Shown: positions 1-13,634 of the stretch, in pieces
How positions within the stretch are numbered: position 1 is the first letter of the stretch
How the letters are laid out: each line of letters opens with the position of its first letter
Assembly (NCBI RefSeq): GCF_016835505.1
Contig: NW_024382994.1
Span: 1-50,000 of the forward strand
Source of the DNA: Polypterus senegalus
Taxonomy: Eukaryota
Reading direction: 5' to 3'
Length of the DNA stretch: 50,000 nucleotides
Translations under genes and position numbers: made by a program
The notes under the pieces: model-generated
The model's input: only the letters and a program-made list of their open reading frames with translations
Told to the model about the DNA's origin: nothing
Database searches by the model: none

Positions 1-331
1 GCAGAAGAGTGAAATTCTGAGTGGAGAGCGCGAGTGCTGCTGTGCAGGTCATGGTGGGTGTAAACAGGTGTGTGTGCCGCAGGAGGGCCGATCCCGGTTT
101 AAGGGTTACAGGAGGAATGTGGTTTGGGTGTGTGCATGTGAAGTGCGTACATACCAGGTGCTGAAAGGCTAATGGAGGACGGTAAGCTGTGAACGAGGGT
201 GTAGAGCGGGGGTCCTGGGAGTTCACCAAAACCAACGTCTGTTTTGCCTCCAACTGTCATTTGTGTTGCTGGAAACTGGAAATGCTGCAAGCATTAATGT
301 TTGGGAATAATTTAGTGCTTTTTGAATCTAT

Positions 332-651
332 TATCCATTCATCCATTGTCCATCCCGCTATATCCTAACTACAGGGTCATAGGGGAGCCAACACCGGGCA
401 CAAGGCAGGAAACAAACCCCGGGCAGGGCGCCAGCACACAGCAGGGCACACACACACACACACACACACACGAGGGACAATGTTAGGACTGGCAATGCAC
501 CTCACCTGCATGTCTTTGGACTGTGGGAGGAAACCCACGCAGACACGGGGAGATCATGCAAACTCCACACAGGGAGGACCCGGGAAGCGAACCCAGATGG
601 GTCTCCTAACCGCGAGGCAGCAGTGCTACCCACTGTGCCACCGTGCCGCCC
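332..651 (+). mobile_element. SINE copy (family with ccatccatcc...ggtcacgggggtctgctggagccaatcccagccaacacagg head, internal (CA)n, and ...gcaaactccacgcagg...ctaac(c/t)gcgaggcagcagcgctacc(c)actg(c/t)gccaccgtgccgccc tail)
   Basis: The copy is near full length and is a homologue of copies at 22263, 26928, 34360 and 43110. Confidence 0.75.
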
Positions 652-999
652 TTGAATTATTATTATTTATTTGAAGATTTTCCTCCCGCTTTTGCAGTTG
701 TTCTGCTGTTGTTTCATATTAGAAGTCACTTCTTCACTGGGTGCAGGCGCAGAACGCTGTGAACAATTCTCTCTTAAAATACAATTGTAGGTTACACTGC
801 TGACTAAATACAGAACTGCTGCACCTCAATCCAGATGTGTTAAAACACACACCGAGCAAATGTAAATGGAAACCCACGATATCTGTCTGGATAAATGAGC
901 TCTGTCGTGGGTCTGCCACTGGTGGGCTCGTTTGAGCAGTCTGTGTGTTTGTCCCCCTGTCTCCTCCACTCTTCATTAAGCCGATGTCCCAGTCGTTGT

Positions 1000-1200
1000 G
1001 TGTGTCAGACCTGCCAACCGGAGTTGCTGTTCGCCGGACCGTGTCTATTTAAACGACTGAGTATCGATGTCACATTACGTGTCTGTCTGACGGTTCCACG
1101 TTGGCCGCTTTTTCTGAGCCGCCGGATGGAGTCCGCGATGTACAAAGGGTTAACGGCTACGCTAAACACTTTTAGTTTTTTTAGTACATAAAACACGCGA
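1000..1200 (+). promoter_or_regulatory. mvp: moderately CpG-rich segment with TATA-like tatttaaa; candidate mvp promoter / non-coding exon 1
   Basis: The first mvp coding exon is entered through an acceptor at ~3493, so a 5' exon must exist upstream. This is the only CpG-enriched stretch upstream. The call is weak. Confidence 0.2.
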
Positions 1201-1379
1201 CTTTAGAGAGATGAGATTCTGTTCTGCTTGTCAGGTCCAAAACACCCGCATTCTTTATTCGTCTTTGCTCTGTTATTTTAATTAATTTGCATTTATTGTC
1301 ATTGCTCTGAGTTTTTCCCAGTTGATTCTGGGGTTCGTCAGCGGTCTGTTTTGTTCCTACTCTTTTCAATGCTTGTATG

Positions 1380-2270
1380 GACTGGGTGCTGGACATGGTC
1401 CTGGGGTCCAGCGGCTGTGGCGCATCTGTTTGTGAAGAAAGATTCACGGATCTTGACTTTGCTGACGATGCTGTGATCTTAGCGGAGTCAATGGAGGCTC
1501 TGATTGGCTCGCTCGAGAAACTGAGTGAGGAGTCTTGAGTGTCTGGGCTTGCGAGTGTCCTGATAAAAACCAAAGAGCAAGGACTTTAATGACCTCATGG
1601 GCACGGCCATCAGCAGGGTGTCTGTCTGCGTAGAGTGTGTCGACCTCGTCATTGAGAGGTTTACTTACCTTAGTGGTGACATTCATGTCTCTGGTGACTC
1701 TTCCTATGAAGTCAGACGGATTGGGAGAGCATGGGGGTCATGAGGTCGCTGCAAAGGGGTGTGTGGTGATCCTGATATCTCAACAAAAGGACGAAGGTCC
1801 AAGTCTTTAGAGTCCTGGTGCTTCCTGTCTTGCTATTTGGTTGCGAGACATGGACGCTATCCATTGAACTGAGACGAAGACTGGACTCCTTCATGTGTGT
1901 CTCTACAGAGAGTCCTTGGGTCCCGCTGGTTTGACTTTGTGTTGCTCATGGAGTCCCGAATGAGGCACATGACCTGCACTGTGAAGGAGCGTCAGTTATG
2001 GCCATGTGGCGTGTTTCCCTGAAAGTGATCTATCTCATAAGATCTTCATTGTTGGGGACCCGAGTGGCTGGACCAGGCCAAAGGGACTCCCATGTAACAT
2101 CTGGCTGTGGCAGATAGAGGGTCATTTCCAGAGGGTGGGACTGGACTGCCTGGGGGGTTGCAAACTGGGATCCTGAGTTGTTTCGTTGTGTAGTGGGTGT
2201 AGCAACGCACTGTACCAGTGCATGCTCCCCAACTTGACTTGTCGTTACGTGTGTGACATCTTCAATCAAT
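1380..2270 (+). mobile_element. degenerate L2-clade LINE 3' fragment (RT C-terminal region) in mvp 5' region
   Basis: Translated motifs include FADDAVILAES, VLPVLLFGCETWTL and RLDSFHMRCLR-like. Frameshifts and stops are present. Confidence 0.55.
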
Positions 2271-2455
2271 CAACATTTATTTATATAGCACATATTCATA
2301 CAAAAAAATGTAGCTCAAAGTGCTTTACAAAATGAATAGAGAAATAGAAGACACAATAAAAGATAAACATAAGTCAACATTAATTAACATAGAATAAGAG
2401 TAAGGTCCGATGGCCAGGGTGGACAGAAAAAACAAAAAAAAAACTCCATCTTTAT
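2263..2455 (-). repeat. retroposon 3'-tail repeat (…aagcactttgagctacat…gctatataaataaa + (ATTG)n), reverse orientation
   Basis: It is the reverse complement of 49225-49412. Only this ~190 bp tail segment is shared between the two loci. Confidence 0.55.
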
Positions 2456-3529
2456 TCAAGGCGACTCACAAACCGCTTTGGCTGCACACTCCTCAGCAGC
2501 TTAAACCAAAGCCGTTGATCTTCGTAGGCCACGGTTGTGCCAGTGCAGTGAGGACTCAGATGGACAAGAGTGTGGTGAAAAGTGCTGCGTTCTGAGTGTC
2601 GACTAGGAATTTACTAAAACAGAATGGGGAAAACGTTTTATGGATATTTTGTAAAATATTTCCTTTGCCATTTCTTTTACGTACATCAACAAACATCCCA
2701 AAGTATTCAGGTGGAATGAAGCCCTGGTTAGGAACACAAGAGGCAATTTGGAAACTGTGTGTGCAGCCATTCAAGTAATTTTAACCAAAATGAAATGTAA
2801 AGAGGTGAGGTGCCTCATGAGCAATAATTGTCCTCCAAAAACCTGCAGCCCCTGAGGTCCCCAGGCCCGAGATGGACTACCCCCTAGTCTACAGTTGAGT
2901 CTTAGAGGTGGCATGTGGGGGGCAAATGTAGATTGTAGTTGTAAGTGATTTCGGTGTGGACACTCACAGGGGTACAACAAGGGGATGTGCAGGAGTGAAT
3001 CAAAGTATTGTGAGGTGGGTACCGGCTGGTATATGAATGTAGGTTTTAAGAGGTATGAGTGCCGGGTGTGTACAGAATGTTTCAGTGAAGGCGATCCAGT
3101 ATTTCACGATATTGAACAGAAAGCTGCAGTGTTGCACAAATGCCTAGAAACCAAAACAAGACAAACCACTCTTGTAATTGCTGCTCCACACCCAGAGCAA
3201 GCAGTTGGCCTGAATTCTTTGTTTGAGTATCACACGTGGTGCTTACCGCAGAGCGATGAAACATAATCCAGAAGAGACGATAATAGCGCAGCATAATGCA
3301 GTCGTGTCCGGCTAGCATCTGCTGAAGAAGAGTTGGGCTGAGTCCAGTGCAGGGCCGCTTCTTGATCTTAGCAGTGTGAGAGACTTCTAGAAGCCCCATG
3401 GCCAGTGAAAAGGGTTGTGGGGAGACCCTAAAATTAATGTGCTCCTTAGGGTCCCACTGTCTCACACCCTCTTTTTTTTCTTTTCTCTTCTTAGCAGCTA
3501 AGAATTCCTTTGTCAGATTCAGCGTCAAC

Positions 3530-3651
3530 ATGGCCGAGGAGTGCATCATTCGGATCCCACCCCATCACTACATCCATGTCCTCGACCAGAACACCAACAT
3601 TGCTCGGGTCGAGACGGGCCCTAAGACCTACATCCGCCAGGACAATGAGAG
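3530..3651 (+). CDS. mvp: major vault protein, coding exon 1 (ATG at 3530; [40 protein letters not shown] + split R); exon begins at acceptor ~3494
   Basis: Translation matches the MVP N-terminus (human [22 protein letters not shown]...YIRQDNER). Kozak is caacATGg. Donor is AG|GTACGT at 3652. Confidence 0.9.
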
Positions 3652-6600
3652 GTACGTGTGCGTTCTTTACTCGCCGTCTGGGGATTCTTCTGCTCTCGTC
3701 TCCTGTGCATGTGACCTTCCTGGATACGCACTCCCAAGTGTGGGCTGTGTGCCATTCAGCCACCACCTGTTTTTATTTGTGTTCACCTTTAAACAAAACC
3801 AGAGGAGCAGCCTCACTTCTCATCCCCGACTCGTCACGCTGAAATCCGTGATGACCTCATTCTCCAAATGATTGCTTTGAGGTGGCGCATCACAGAAGCA
3901 AACCGAAATTTGGGCCTTGCTTGTCTGCTACACCGATGCCGTCATGGCCAGACTCTTATTTCCATTTTGATTTGCATGAATTTCCAAAAAGCCAGCAAGA
4001 ATAAATAAACACTGTCGTGAATCTCATTATTTGGAAATTCTCTTTCATTTCCACACAATATTTTTGAATTACAGCTGGTTCTTCACCATCCATGGACACA
4101 TTTACACTTCTTTCGGCTGCTCCCGTTATGGATTGCCACAGCAGATCATCTTCCATATCTTTCTGTCCTCAGCATCTTGTTCTGTTACGGACACATTTAC
4201 ACTATAACCCCCAAACGTGTCCTCAAACTCTGCAACTTTAAAGGTTCTTTTTGATTGGTGGACAAGTTAATCTGGGAAATACCTAAATTATTAGCCTTGC
4301 TTTATGTATTCATCCTGCAATACTAACCTCTGGAGACCTTACACTTCATTAAAACTAACAATCGCAAATAACTACAATACCTTAGCAAAGGCCAGGGGCT
4401 GCTCAAGCGCTATCACGGATATCCTGGATCGCTACCCCTATAAAGGGCTCTACTTCATAATTTAACGGAGTCGAGAAGCTGCTCACGAGCCGCACTCCTG
4501 CTGGGGTTTACCGATATGTCAGTCCATTCCTGCATTGCTAGCCCCGAAAGAAATCATAAAACGAGCTCAGCTGAGCACAACATATCTCGAACCTGAATAT
4601 TTATACTCCCAACAAAGTCCAGGAGAGGCAGCCTCCTGTCAGGGGGTACCAACTTCTTTAGATTTCCAGGAACAAATAAATATTAAAAATTAATTCCTTT
4701 GTTGGGTGGGAGAAAACAAGATGGATGCCAATAGATCGAAAAAATTCCCAGAAAAAATTTAAATAAATACCAATAACAGGTGACACCATTACGTTGTCAT
4801 TTTGAAATGTGATTGGACTGCAAGGTTGCTAGTTCTTGTGAGATTTCGCCATCATGGTGCATGACATCATGACATCTTTATGCCTGACCTATTTAAGATG
4901 GCGGCTCACTACGCTGAGTACCGTAGCTTTTGGATTTTAACAAAAAAAAAAAAAAAAAATTCATTTGTTAGAATTTTAAAATGCTTTCATAAATCTTATT
5001 CTTTTTTGACAGTTTCATTTCCACACAATATTTGTGAGTTGTAACTCATTTTTATAATGTTCGTTTTTTATTGTTGTTGTGATAATGACATCCTCCCGCC
5101 GCCATTTATTTGCGGTTTACATGAGATCTTCAGTTCTCGCAAAATTTTGCAGTTGCGGCACGTGATGTCACGACGACATCACGTATGAGCTTGTGAAATT
5201 TCACAATCGTGGTGCGTGGCATCGTAACATCTTTACAAGGGAGCTCTTTAAGATGGAGTCTCCTACCTTTTGGATTTCAAGAAAAAAAACTGGAGGTGTG
5301 CCCGTGTTTGATTTTGATTTTTGACCCCAACTCTGACTTCTGTCTTTTGAATTAGTCTTATTTATTTATTTTTTCTTATTTTGTTTGCAATTCAGTGTTA
5401 GACAAACTTTTATGGACCCCCTTGCTTTAATTTTGACATTAAATCGGCTGTGTCTTGTAGGGAGTGTCTCTCAACCCCAAACACCAGCAAAGGCATCCAA
5501 AAAGTGACAAAAAAACAAAAAGTGGCTTTAATGACAAAACCTCATTAGTAGTATGGGGGAACAGCAAAGTTTAACAAAAAGACAGAAAACGATAAACCCC
5601 TCTGTCCCCTGAGGCCTAACTGAACGACAGTAAACCCTGGCTACTCTACCACTACTTTGGCTCTTCTTCTTGCCTCTGGATGTGATCAAAGGAAGTCAGG
5701 CCCTTATATATCATGGCCCAAGCCCCTTCCAGGTACCGTGCCATAAGCACTTTTGGGGTCCCGGCTGACATCATCCATCTCTGGTGTCCCCCTAGCTGCA
5801 CCACAGTTTTTTGCACGTTAGCCTCACTGCAGAGGTGGACTGATCGGGGCCAGGTTGGTTATCCTTCTTCGTTACCCTTGTGACACTACAACACACTGCC
5901 TCCGAGTGGACTGGAGAACCTTAAACCCACACAATATGGTCTTGGATGGCCTTCTGATGTGATTGTAGCACCCTCTGATGGTCAATAAGGGTACCGCTTC
6001 CCAGATTTTCTTCCCAGTGCTTTCTCCCTTCGATATGATAAGAAGTTTCTTTCCAGATCCAAAAATATCGTATGAGAATTTTTCCCAATCACTGTGTCTG
6101 TCAGTCTCTCCATTGCAAACACAGTTTTTGAGTGTCCTTTAACAGGAAACATGACAGGTCTTTGGTTTTGGAAAATGTGCTTCAAGCAGAACCATACAGG
6201 ATGCCCATCTCTATTTATTTAATACAAAAAAAATGAATTTACAAAAGACTGGAAGATTTGTATCATGTATATGGTAAATGAATCGGCCTGCGATGGCTGA
6301 CAAATTCAAGGCTGCTTACAGTTGGTGCCTCCTGAAGTTTGAGTGAGAAGCTGGAGAAATGAGTGCTGATGCAGAAAATCCACAGAGGTGGAGCACGGGG
6401 GTCTCAAGTGAACATCAAGTTAAAGGGAATTGATCATAGCATAATTTCACTTCTGTTTTTCCGATATCTCCAGGACTTTCCAAATGTCACATGTAGTTTA
6501 ATGTGACTGAAGTCCCTGCTGTTGTGTACTCAGAAGTACATGGCGGCGTTAGTGAAGTCGTGAATGAGCTGAACTGAATGGAGATGAAGGCCTCCAAATG

Positions 6601-7254
6601 AGACCTATAAGTACCCCAAGTGTGTGCAGGACATGGCCAGAGATGTCCAGTCCCAGTAGGTGTGGAGGCCTTACAAATGGCAGAAGACCATTCTGTCCAT
6701 CAAGGTCATCTGACCAGCTAATACCTGATTCTCTGACAGGCCAGGGCTTAAAGAATCTTTATAGAACCCCGGGATCCCTTAAAGGACCTCAAATGACAAA
6801 GATTCAATGACAAAGAATCACCCCATTTCAACACTGACCCCAGAATGTGACCAGAGACCCCTGCACTAGACACTTGTGTGGGTGAAATTACTTTTGCCTT
6901 TTAACAAAGATGGCTTCCTGGCAGGTTTGTCCCAGTACTGATAATCTCACTGAAGAAACTCTGCTCACCTCATCTGAAAGCCATTCTCTCTCTTTTGAAT
7001 GGTCAACTGGTCTTCTCATACCATCCACCCAAATTGTATTAATTTTTTTTATCGTATCTGTTAATTACTTCATGTTGTTTATATCGATGGCCATAAAAAT
7101 TTTTAATGTGCTGTTTTCATGGATAACAAAGATTCCAGAGTTTCTGATACAGTAGGCTTCAATTGGGGCAATGCTGAACAACCAGGTGATATCAAAACAT
7201 TGATTCCTTCATTCTCCACCACTTATTGGAGACCGGGTCATGGGGGCAACAGTC

Positions 7255-7990
7255 TTAGCACTGAGGTCCACACGTCTCTTTCCCCAGCCACACTTGCCAA
7301 CACTTACTGTGAGACCCCAAGGCTTTCCCAAGCCACCTGGAAGAGTCTTCCCCACGGTCTCCTTTTAACTGCTCGTGTTCACAAATCTCCTCAGGGAAGT
7401 GTCCAGGGAGCATCGGTATCAGATCCCGGAATCGCCTCAGTTCTCTCCTCTCAATGCAGAGGGTCAGCAGGTCAATGCCAAGCCTCTCACTGATATCTGC
7501 TCTTCTTACCTCATCTTTAAGCGGGAGCCCAGCCATCCTGCAGAGAAACCTCATTTTGGCCTCTTGTACCTGCAATCTCATTCTTTCAGCCATTCCCATA
7601 AGTGAGGGTGAGGACGTAAGTTGACTGATTTTGAGAAATTTGAGAGCTTCACCTTCTGGCTCAGCTCCTTCTTCACCGCTACAGATCAGTATAGTAACTG
7701 TACTCACCGCCCTATCTGTCGATCTCACCTTCCCTTTTCCCCTCACTCGTGAAGAAGACCCCGAGGTACTTAAACTCCTCCACTTGAGGCAGTAACTCGC
7801 CTCCCACTCGGACAGGACAGTTCACCTTTTTCCTATTGAAGACCATGGTCTCAGATTTGGAGGTGCTGATCCTCATCCCTGCCGCTTCACATTTGGTCGC
7901 AAACCATCCCAATGCATGCTGGAGTTCACAGCCCAAAGAAGACAACAGGACCACATCAGATATCGAAACATCCATGAACAAAATATAAAA
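7255..7990 (-). mobile_element. L2-clade LINE reverse-transcriptase fragment in mvp intron 1
   Basis: Minus-strand ORFs read ...CELQHALGWFATKCEAAGMRISTSKSETMVFNRKKVNCPVRVGGELLPQVEEFKYLGVFFTSEGKREGEIDRRIGA...AKMRFLCRMAGLPLKDEVRRADISERLGID, typical of the L2 RT C-terminus. Confidence 0.7.
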
Positions 7991-9550
7991 TTACTCATCT
8001 CGTATAGTCCAAAATGTGTGTGTTTTTGGTAAAACAAGGAAACATTTGGACCTCCCGTCCTCGAACAAAGATGGTTGGTTCATGCACTTCTTTTTCCTTC
8101 TTGCTATCACGGAGTTAGCAGACCTCCGTCTGTTCATGCAGCTCTCTGTGTTTGTCATTCCTGCAGTGTGTATTCCGTAGGTGACGTGCGTCTGATTGGC
8201 CAGTACGATACGCTTTACTCTTGGCTGATGTCACCACTGTTCTCTTCCTGTCAGTCATGGCACCTGCCCACACCTCCGTTTACCGTGGAAAGAACCCAAA
8301 GCCCAATTTTGTGGCCAAGTTAGTGCAAGCATCCAATTTTTTGCTGCAGGAGCACATATCACATCATATTAAGACCAAGGTCAAGGTTTGAGGTCCAGGG
8401 GTTCACAAGGTTTTGTGTGGCAGACAGACAACCCATAGCATTTTACAGAGATTAATATATGCAGAAAATGGGAACGTTGCATGAAAGTGAATTGCCTTCA
8501 CGTGAATTAAAAATTTGAATACAAGACGGGGCTCTTGACAGTTGAGTTTTGGGTTTGGTGTCCCAACCTCCAATATTTGGTAGGCCCTCCGCTTGTTTTT
8601 CAGGGTACATGTGACCCAGCATGGACTGCTGCTCAGCAGTGATGTTGCCTCATTCTTCCTGTCTGGCTTTCTGCAGATCATTCAGGTTGGTTTCCACAGA
8701 TTCTCGTTGGGTTTGAGTTCAGGAGTTTGAGCCACCCCAGCATTGCCTTGGTCTTGTGCTTGTGATTGTTGTCTTACTGGAAGGTGAACCTTCTCAAGGC
8801 ATTGTGCTTGTGGTTGTTCGCTTCCAGTTATTTCACTGTATTTAGTCCCATCCATTCTTCCATCAGTCTTAACCAGATTCCCACCTCGTCCCTTTATTGG
8901 AAGGGTCTACTCTTGCACCTTAAGGGTGACACAGAGACAGAGAGACAAACACACACAGACCATATCCATATAAGCAGTGATTATGAGTGATGAATGTCCA
9001 GCTTATGACTCCTCAGTACTTCACATAGGAACTCGCTAGCTTTGACGTAACTAACACAGATATAACCTCGACCTTTGGCTACCTTGGTCTGTGAGAAAAG
9101 CCTAGACACGTGGAGGCTAACATACCTTGGCTTAAACCACTCGCCAATCAATGATACTGTACTCTCACCGTGATGTCCACCCTTTTGAGGCGTCTCTTTA
9201 TTCCACTAACCCTGTGGGAAAAGAAAGTGGCAACCTCCCTACTTGAGGTACCATGTGTTTCCTTTATTACTTTAGTCAGTCCAGATATATACTGTAAAGA
9301 AGTATAAAAAATATAAAAAGCAGTTTTCATTAAAATAGAATTGTAGCTGTCGATGAAAATATAAAAAGATAGCAAAGGTATATGGATACATCTACACTGT
9401 AGTCTTACAAAGCTCACTGAAAATTAACAGCAGTATCAAAATCCCCACAGCATTTTGCTGCCACCACCATACTTCACTGTAGGGTTGGTGTGTTTTTGAG
9501 GCCTGAGTAGTTTTGGGTGTGTGCAAAAACAGAGTTTGGAGGTGGCAAGT

Positions 9551-9825
9551 GGGGAAACTACCGTATTTACGCGTGTACCACGCGCACATTTTTTTCCGAA
9601 AATTGGCATTAGAATATCAGGTGCGCGTCATACACGAGGAAATGTAATTCTGTAATGTTTACTTCTTCTGCTTGGGCTCACTCGCTCGCGCTCTCTCTCT
9701 CTCTCTCTCTCTCTAAACGCTTCTTATATAATCGCAACTCGTGTCGTACACAAGGCAAAACGATTTTCGAGATTTTCTTTGTAAAAAATTAGGGTGTGCG
9801 TCGTACGCGAGTAAAAACGGTACTC
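9551..9825. mobile_element. MITE-like element with ~29 bp terminal inverted repeats (taccgtatttacgcgtgtaccacgcgcac ... gtgtgcgtcgtacgcgagtaaaaacggta) enclosing (CT)12
   Basis: The imperfect TIRs are visible directly. An internal subterminal inverted repeat gtgcgcgtcatacacg is also present. Confidence 0.5.
9691..9714. repeat. (CT)12 microsatellite (inside MITE)
   Basis: Visible as ctctctct... Confidence 0.9.
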
Positions 9826-10689
9826 CAGGCCTTGAGCCTAAGGGGACCCTGCTTTTGAGGTCTATGTGTCCCGTTCAAGTGGATTTGTCAAGTTATATTT
9901 TCCAGTTATATTTTGATAAAGTCCACGTGTTATCTTTCTCTAATGAGAAAATCCAGCGTATGTTAACATTATTTTTATCAAATTCGTGCATAAGTTTATA
10001 CAGTCCACGCATACTGGCAACAGCGTTTGACATAACCTGCCCCGCGTGGGGTTGGTCAGCCCTAACCCGCACACCCCTAAGGTCACTTCTGAGTGTGCTC
10101 CATACTTAACTGTTTGATTTTTGACCAAAAGGGCTCTGCCTTGATTTCATTTGACCACACAACCTTTTCTCACATCCATGCTTTGTCTCTTTCTTGAACT
10201 GTGGTGAACTCCAGATGTAAATTTTTATGGATTTTGTTGCCGTCCTCCCAAACAGGCCACTGTTACGGAGAGCTCTTGATGTCATTGATTACTTCGCATG
10301 CACTGTAGCTCCTTCAAAGTGATGGCTGGCTTTTGCGTTGCTTCTCTTACCGGTCTACACGATGCTTGGGCACTAAGTTTTGACGGACCATCACTGGATG
10401 GTGTGATGCACCTTCCTCTTCTTGACGAACTGTCCAATAATGCTCACTGGGACATTCCAGCTCTTTGATATTTTTTTAGTCCCTTTTGTATCGCTTTGTC
10501 TGCTTCTTCTGTGGTCTGCTCTTTAGTCTTCATTTTTGCAGTGATGTTTCACAGTGATGTTTCTATCAGTGCATGTAGCTTTTGAAATCCAGAGACTAGT
10601 GAGAACTTTAAAGGGGACCGCATACTTTGCAAAGCACTGTGTAATTACTAGCGTCAAGATTGGTTTCCTACACCATTTTCTCCAATTAG

Positions 10690-10885
10690 GGTTCTGTTCC
10701 ATCCCATGAAGATGACAATGGTGCCTCCTCGTCATTACTGTGTGATCCTTAACCCGGTGCTGCGAGATGATGAGGGACGTGTCCAGTTTGATGACCAAGG
10801 CCAAGTAAAACTGCGTTATGCTGACCAGGAGATTCGCCTTGCTCAAGACCCCTTCCCTCTGTATCCTGGGGAAGAGCTGAAGCAG
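10690..10885 (+). CDS. mvp: mvp coding exon 2 ([65 protein letters not shown])
   Basis: Acceptor is aattag| at 10688-89. The phase-2 join completes the R codon. Donor is CAG|GTAAGA at 10886. The sequence aligns to human MVP VLFAPMRMVTVPPRHYC...LYPGEVLEK. Confidence 0.9.
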
Positions 10886-10913
10886 GTAAGACAAAGTGAA
10901 TGTGGTCAATTTG

Positions 10914-11105
10914 GGTGGTGGAGTGGGTCACTGATTGTATGGCGGAGTGATGGCTCTGAGGTTAGGGATCTGCACTGGCAATCGGAAGGTTGCCGGTTCG
11001 AATCTTGTAAATGCCAATAGGGACTCTGCTCTGTTGGGTCCTTGACCCAATTGCTGAGCGCTTTGAGTTGTGAGAAAAATGCTATATAAATGCAAAGAAT
11101 TATTA
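10914..11105 (+). mobile_element. tRNA-derived SINE in mvp intron 2 (B-box-like ggttcgaatc; tail gagcgctttgag...gctatataaatg)
   Basis: It has a tRNA-like head followed by the conserved fish retroposon tail motif. Confidence 0.55.
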
Positions 11106-11630
11106 GTGGAGAAGGTGGGGGTCTGACATGGACAGAGAGCTCAGCTGACATCACCAGGCGGTTCAGCACTCACAGTGTTCATAGACGGACTCTGCACGGC
11201 TGACAGATGGAGCTCTCCTCTGAGCTGGAGTTTGTGGAATAGCGACTCGCCACCGATACTTCATCACAGTGCACTGTGGACGGGTGGAGTGTAATGGAGA
11301 GTCTGCGCGGAGATGGGGACTGACGGAGAGAGAGAGACATCAGCTGACATCACCTGGAGGCGCACAACTTGCAGTGTTCATAGATGGGCTCAGCGCACCT
11401 GACAGATGGAGTTTCAGCCTGCAGGACTGAGATTATGGGTTCATGACTACACCACAACATTTCACCACAGAGCAGATCTTCAAACTGGGACACTGATCTG
11501 GAGGGACTCCCCCTAGTATTGACCTTTCTCTTGTTTGGTGTTGTTTTACCAGGTACTATCGCTGCTAAGGACCATTTTTCCTGAGAAGGGCGTCTCTAAT
11601 GAGTGTCTTTGTCTTTTTGTTCCTCCACAG

Positions 11631-11754
11631 GACATCCTCACCCTGGAGATTGTGTTCCCCAACATGGCATTGCATCTGCAGGCTCTCCTTGACTTTGAAG
11701 ATGTTGGTGGTGTCAAGCGGGTGGCTGGTGATGAGTGGCTGTTTGAGGGACCAG
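11631..11754 (+). CDS. mvp: mvp coding exon 3 ([41 protein letters not shown]+g)
   Basis: Acceptor is tcctccacag|. The sequence aligns to human [24 protein letters not shown]...[10 protein letters not shown]. Donor is the weak G|GTTTCT at 11755. The phase is consistent with exon 4. Confidence 0.85.
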
Positions 11755-13634
11755 GTTTCTGATTCACATTTTATTTTCTTACCTTATGGTTATATTTACA
11801 GTACAGTTTTACTGACCTAGGATTTGCCCCTGCAGCGCAGAGACTGGCACAAGTTGGTTCACAGAGTAGGTGGTCTGAAAATGTGAATTTGCCTTAATTA
11901 TTCCCTTCTTCTATGCCATGTTTATCTTACCGTACCTTTTCACACTGATTGGTCATTTGGTTACATTCAGTTGTGGCACGGTTAAAGTGTGGTCTTGAGT
12001 CAAAATGCAAAACACTTGGAGCAGCTGCTAAACAAAATGCAATGCTCTTAGTTATGACGCGTAACCTATAGACTAGTGTTGGATTGATACTAAAACTTTG
12101 AATTCGGTATCAATACCAGCTTTCAGACTTCAATACCGGTACCACAATGGATCCGAAGCAAATAACGGATAACTCCAAAACTCCCCGATCTTACTCCAGC
12201 ATTTCTGATGTGTCGCACGATTTCTGACCTTCCTAGTGAGCGCCCTAACCATCGCAGCACACCATGAAGTCCTGATTGCGTGGGAGCAATAAAGGTGGGC
12301 AGTGGGGTCCGCCGTAAAGTCCAGATCGCATCAAAGCAGTATTTCCCCTGTCAAGTACCAATCACATTGGAACAATATCTCCCTCATGTCAAGGAGATCC
12401 CCCAGGAAGTTCCAGTCACGTCGATGTTTTGTTTCGCGATGTCTATGAAATGAATATTTTGCCACAACTGCAATAGCAAGTGTTGAGGGAAGGTGTGGGG
12501 ATTGAAAGGAAATTAGACGTTAATTTCCAGTGATGAAAATCCCGAAATGCTGGCGCCGTACCATTTTAAACTTTGGGTTTTTTGGTATTTTCCCAGGACC
12601 AATATCTGATTTTGTATTTCATTTTAAACTAATGTGGAAATTAAATGCCATAGTAAAAAACAATCGATCGTTAGGTTGATACGTTTTTAGTTATGCCATG
12701 ATAAAACTGTGCCAACATAGATATGCATTGTACCATAGTGTGGTTAACACGTAGGTTTGAATTTAGTTTTGGCACAAATAATCTTCCATTTTCAGCAGAC
12801 AGTACTTTATAGAGTTGTGCAATCTTCTCAGAGACACACCTAGGAGTAAATCTCAAGAGTTCAGCGTTTATCAGAGTCGAGGTGGGTGACGGTTACTGAC
12901 CTGCTCCTTTGAAGAACTCTACAGCCGTCTGTTAAATGGAAGACTCGTCCCATTCACTGGGCTAGGCTCATAAATAGAGCTGAGTGTGACATTGTGACGG
13001 TGATAAGATATGGTGTGATCAGGAGTAGCCTGACCCAGAGCTAAAGCTGCCCTAACCTTCTTAGCATTGTGTTGACCCCCAGAAAACAATAAATACAACA
13101 GGATAGGATGCAGATTTGGTACGTGTTCCTACGTGTGACGTGTTTTGAAACGGTCACCAATGCATAGCCTGGCATTTCCATCAGGACAGTAGAAGTGTGT
13201 TTCTTTGCACACTATTCTTATAATATTTTTGCCATTCCTTACACATGACAGGGTACAACGTCAGAGATCTGACATCTTTCCTAATCATATTTGGATCTGC
13301 AGTGTTATGGATAAGGCAAGAAAACAATTGAAAAACACACAAGGTAAACTGAGTGAACTCCTAGGACGTGAGAAGGACTGTGAATGGCATTGCATGCCAC
13401 CAACATCAAGCCCTTCCCCAGACGCACAATCCCGTCCCCCAGCCATTAACAAATTCGCAAGGATGGAACAGCTAAATGCTAATATCACAGCACACTGTCA
13501 AGGACTTCAGGTGCCTCCCATGGGGCTCGTCATGTAATACGGGACTCTTAAGGAAAGGTTCCAGAGAAAAAGCATATGGGAGCAGGGTGACACTTATAAG
13601 AAAATGTGACCTTCTTCCCTCTGTTTGTCATCAG

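Noticed and set aside
447-471. (CA)n microsatellite as an independent feature
   Set aside because: It is an internal component of the SINE. The same (CA)n or (ACAC) stretch occurs at the same position in other copies.
2410-2595. ORFs beginning MARVDRKNKKK at 2410 (+) and 48863-49255 (-)
   Set aside because: The shared N-terminus derives from a shared retroposon tail repeat (A-rich). The sequences diverge immediately outside the repeat, so these are not paralogous genes.
3398-3871. 157 aa + ORF
   Set aside because: It is read-through of mvp coding exon 1 into intron 1. The real exon ends at the AG|GTACGT donor at 3651.
7255-7981. Two overlapping minus ORFs (163 aa and 89 aa)
   Set aside because: They are LINE (L2) reverse-transcriptase remnants inside mvp intron 1, not a host gene.
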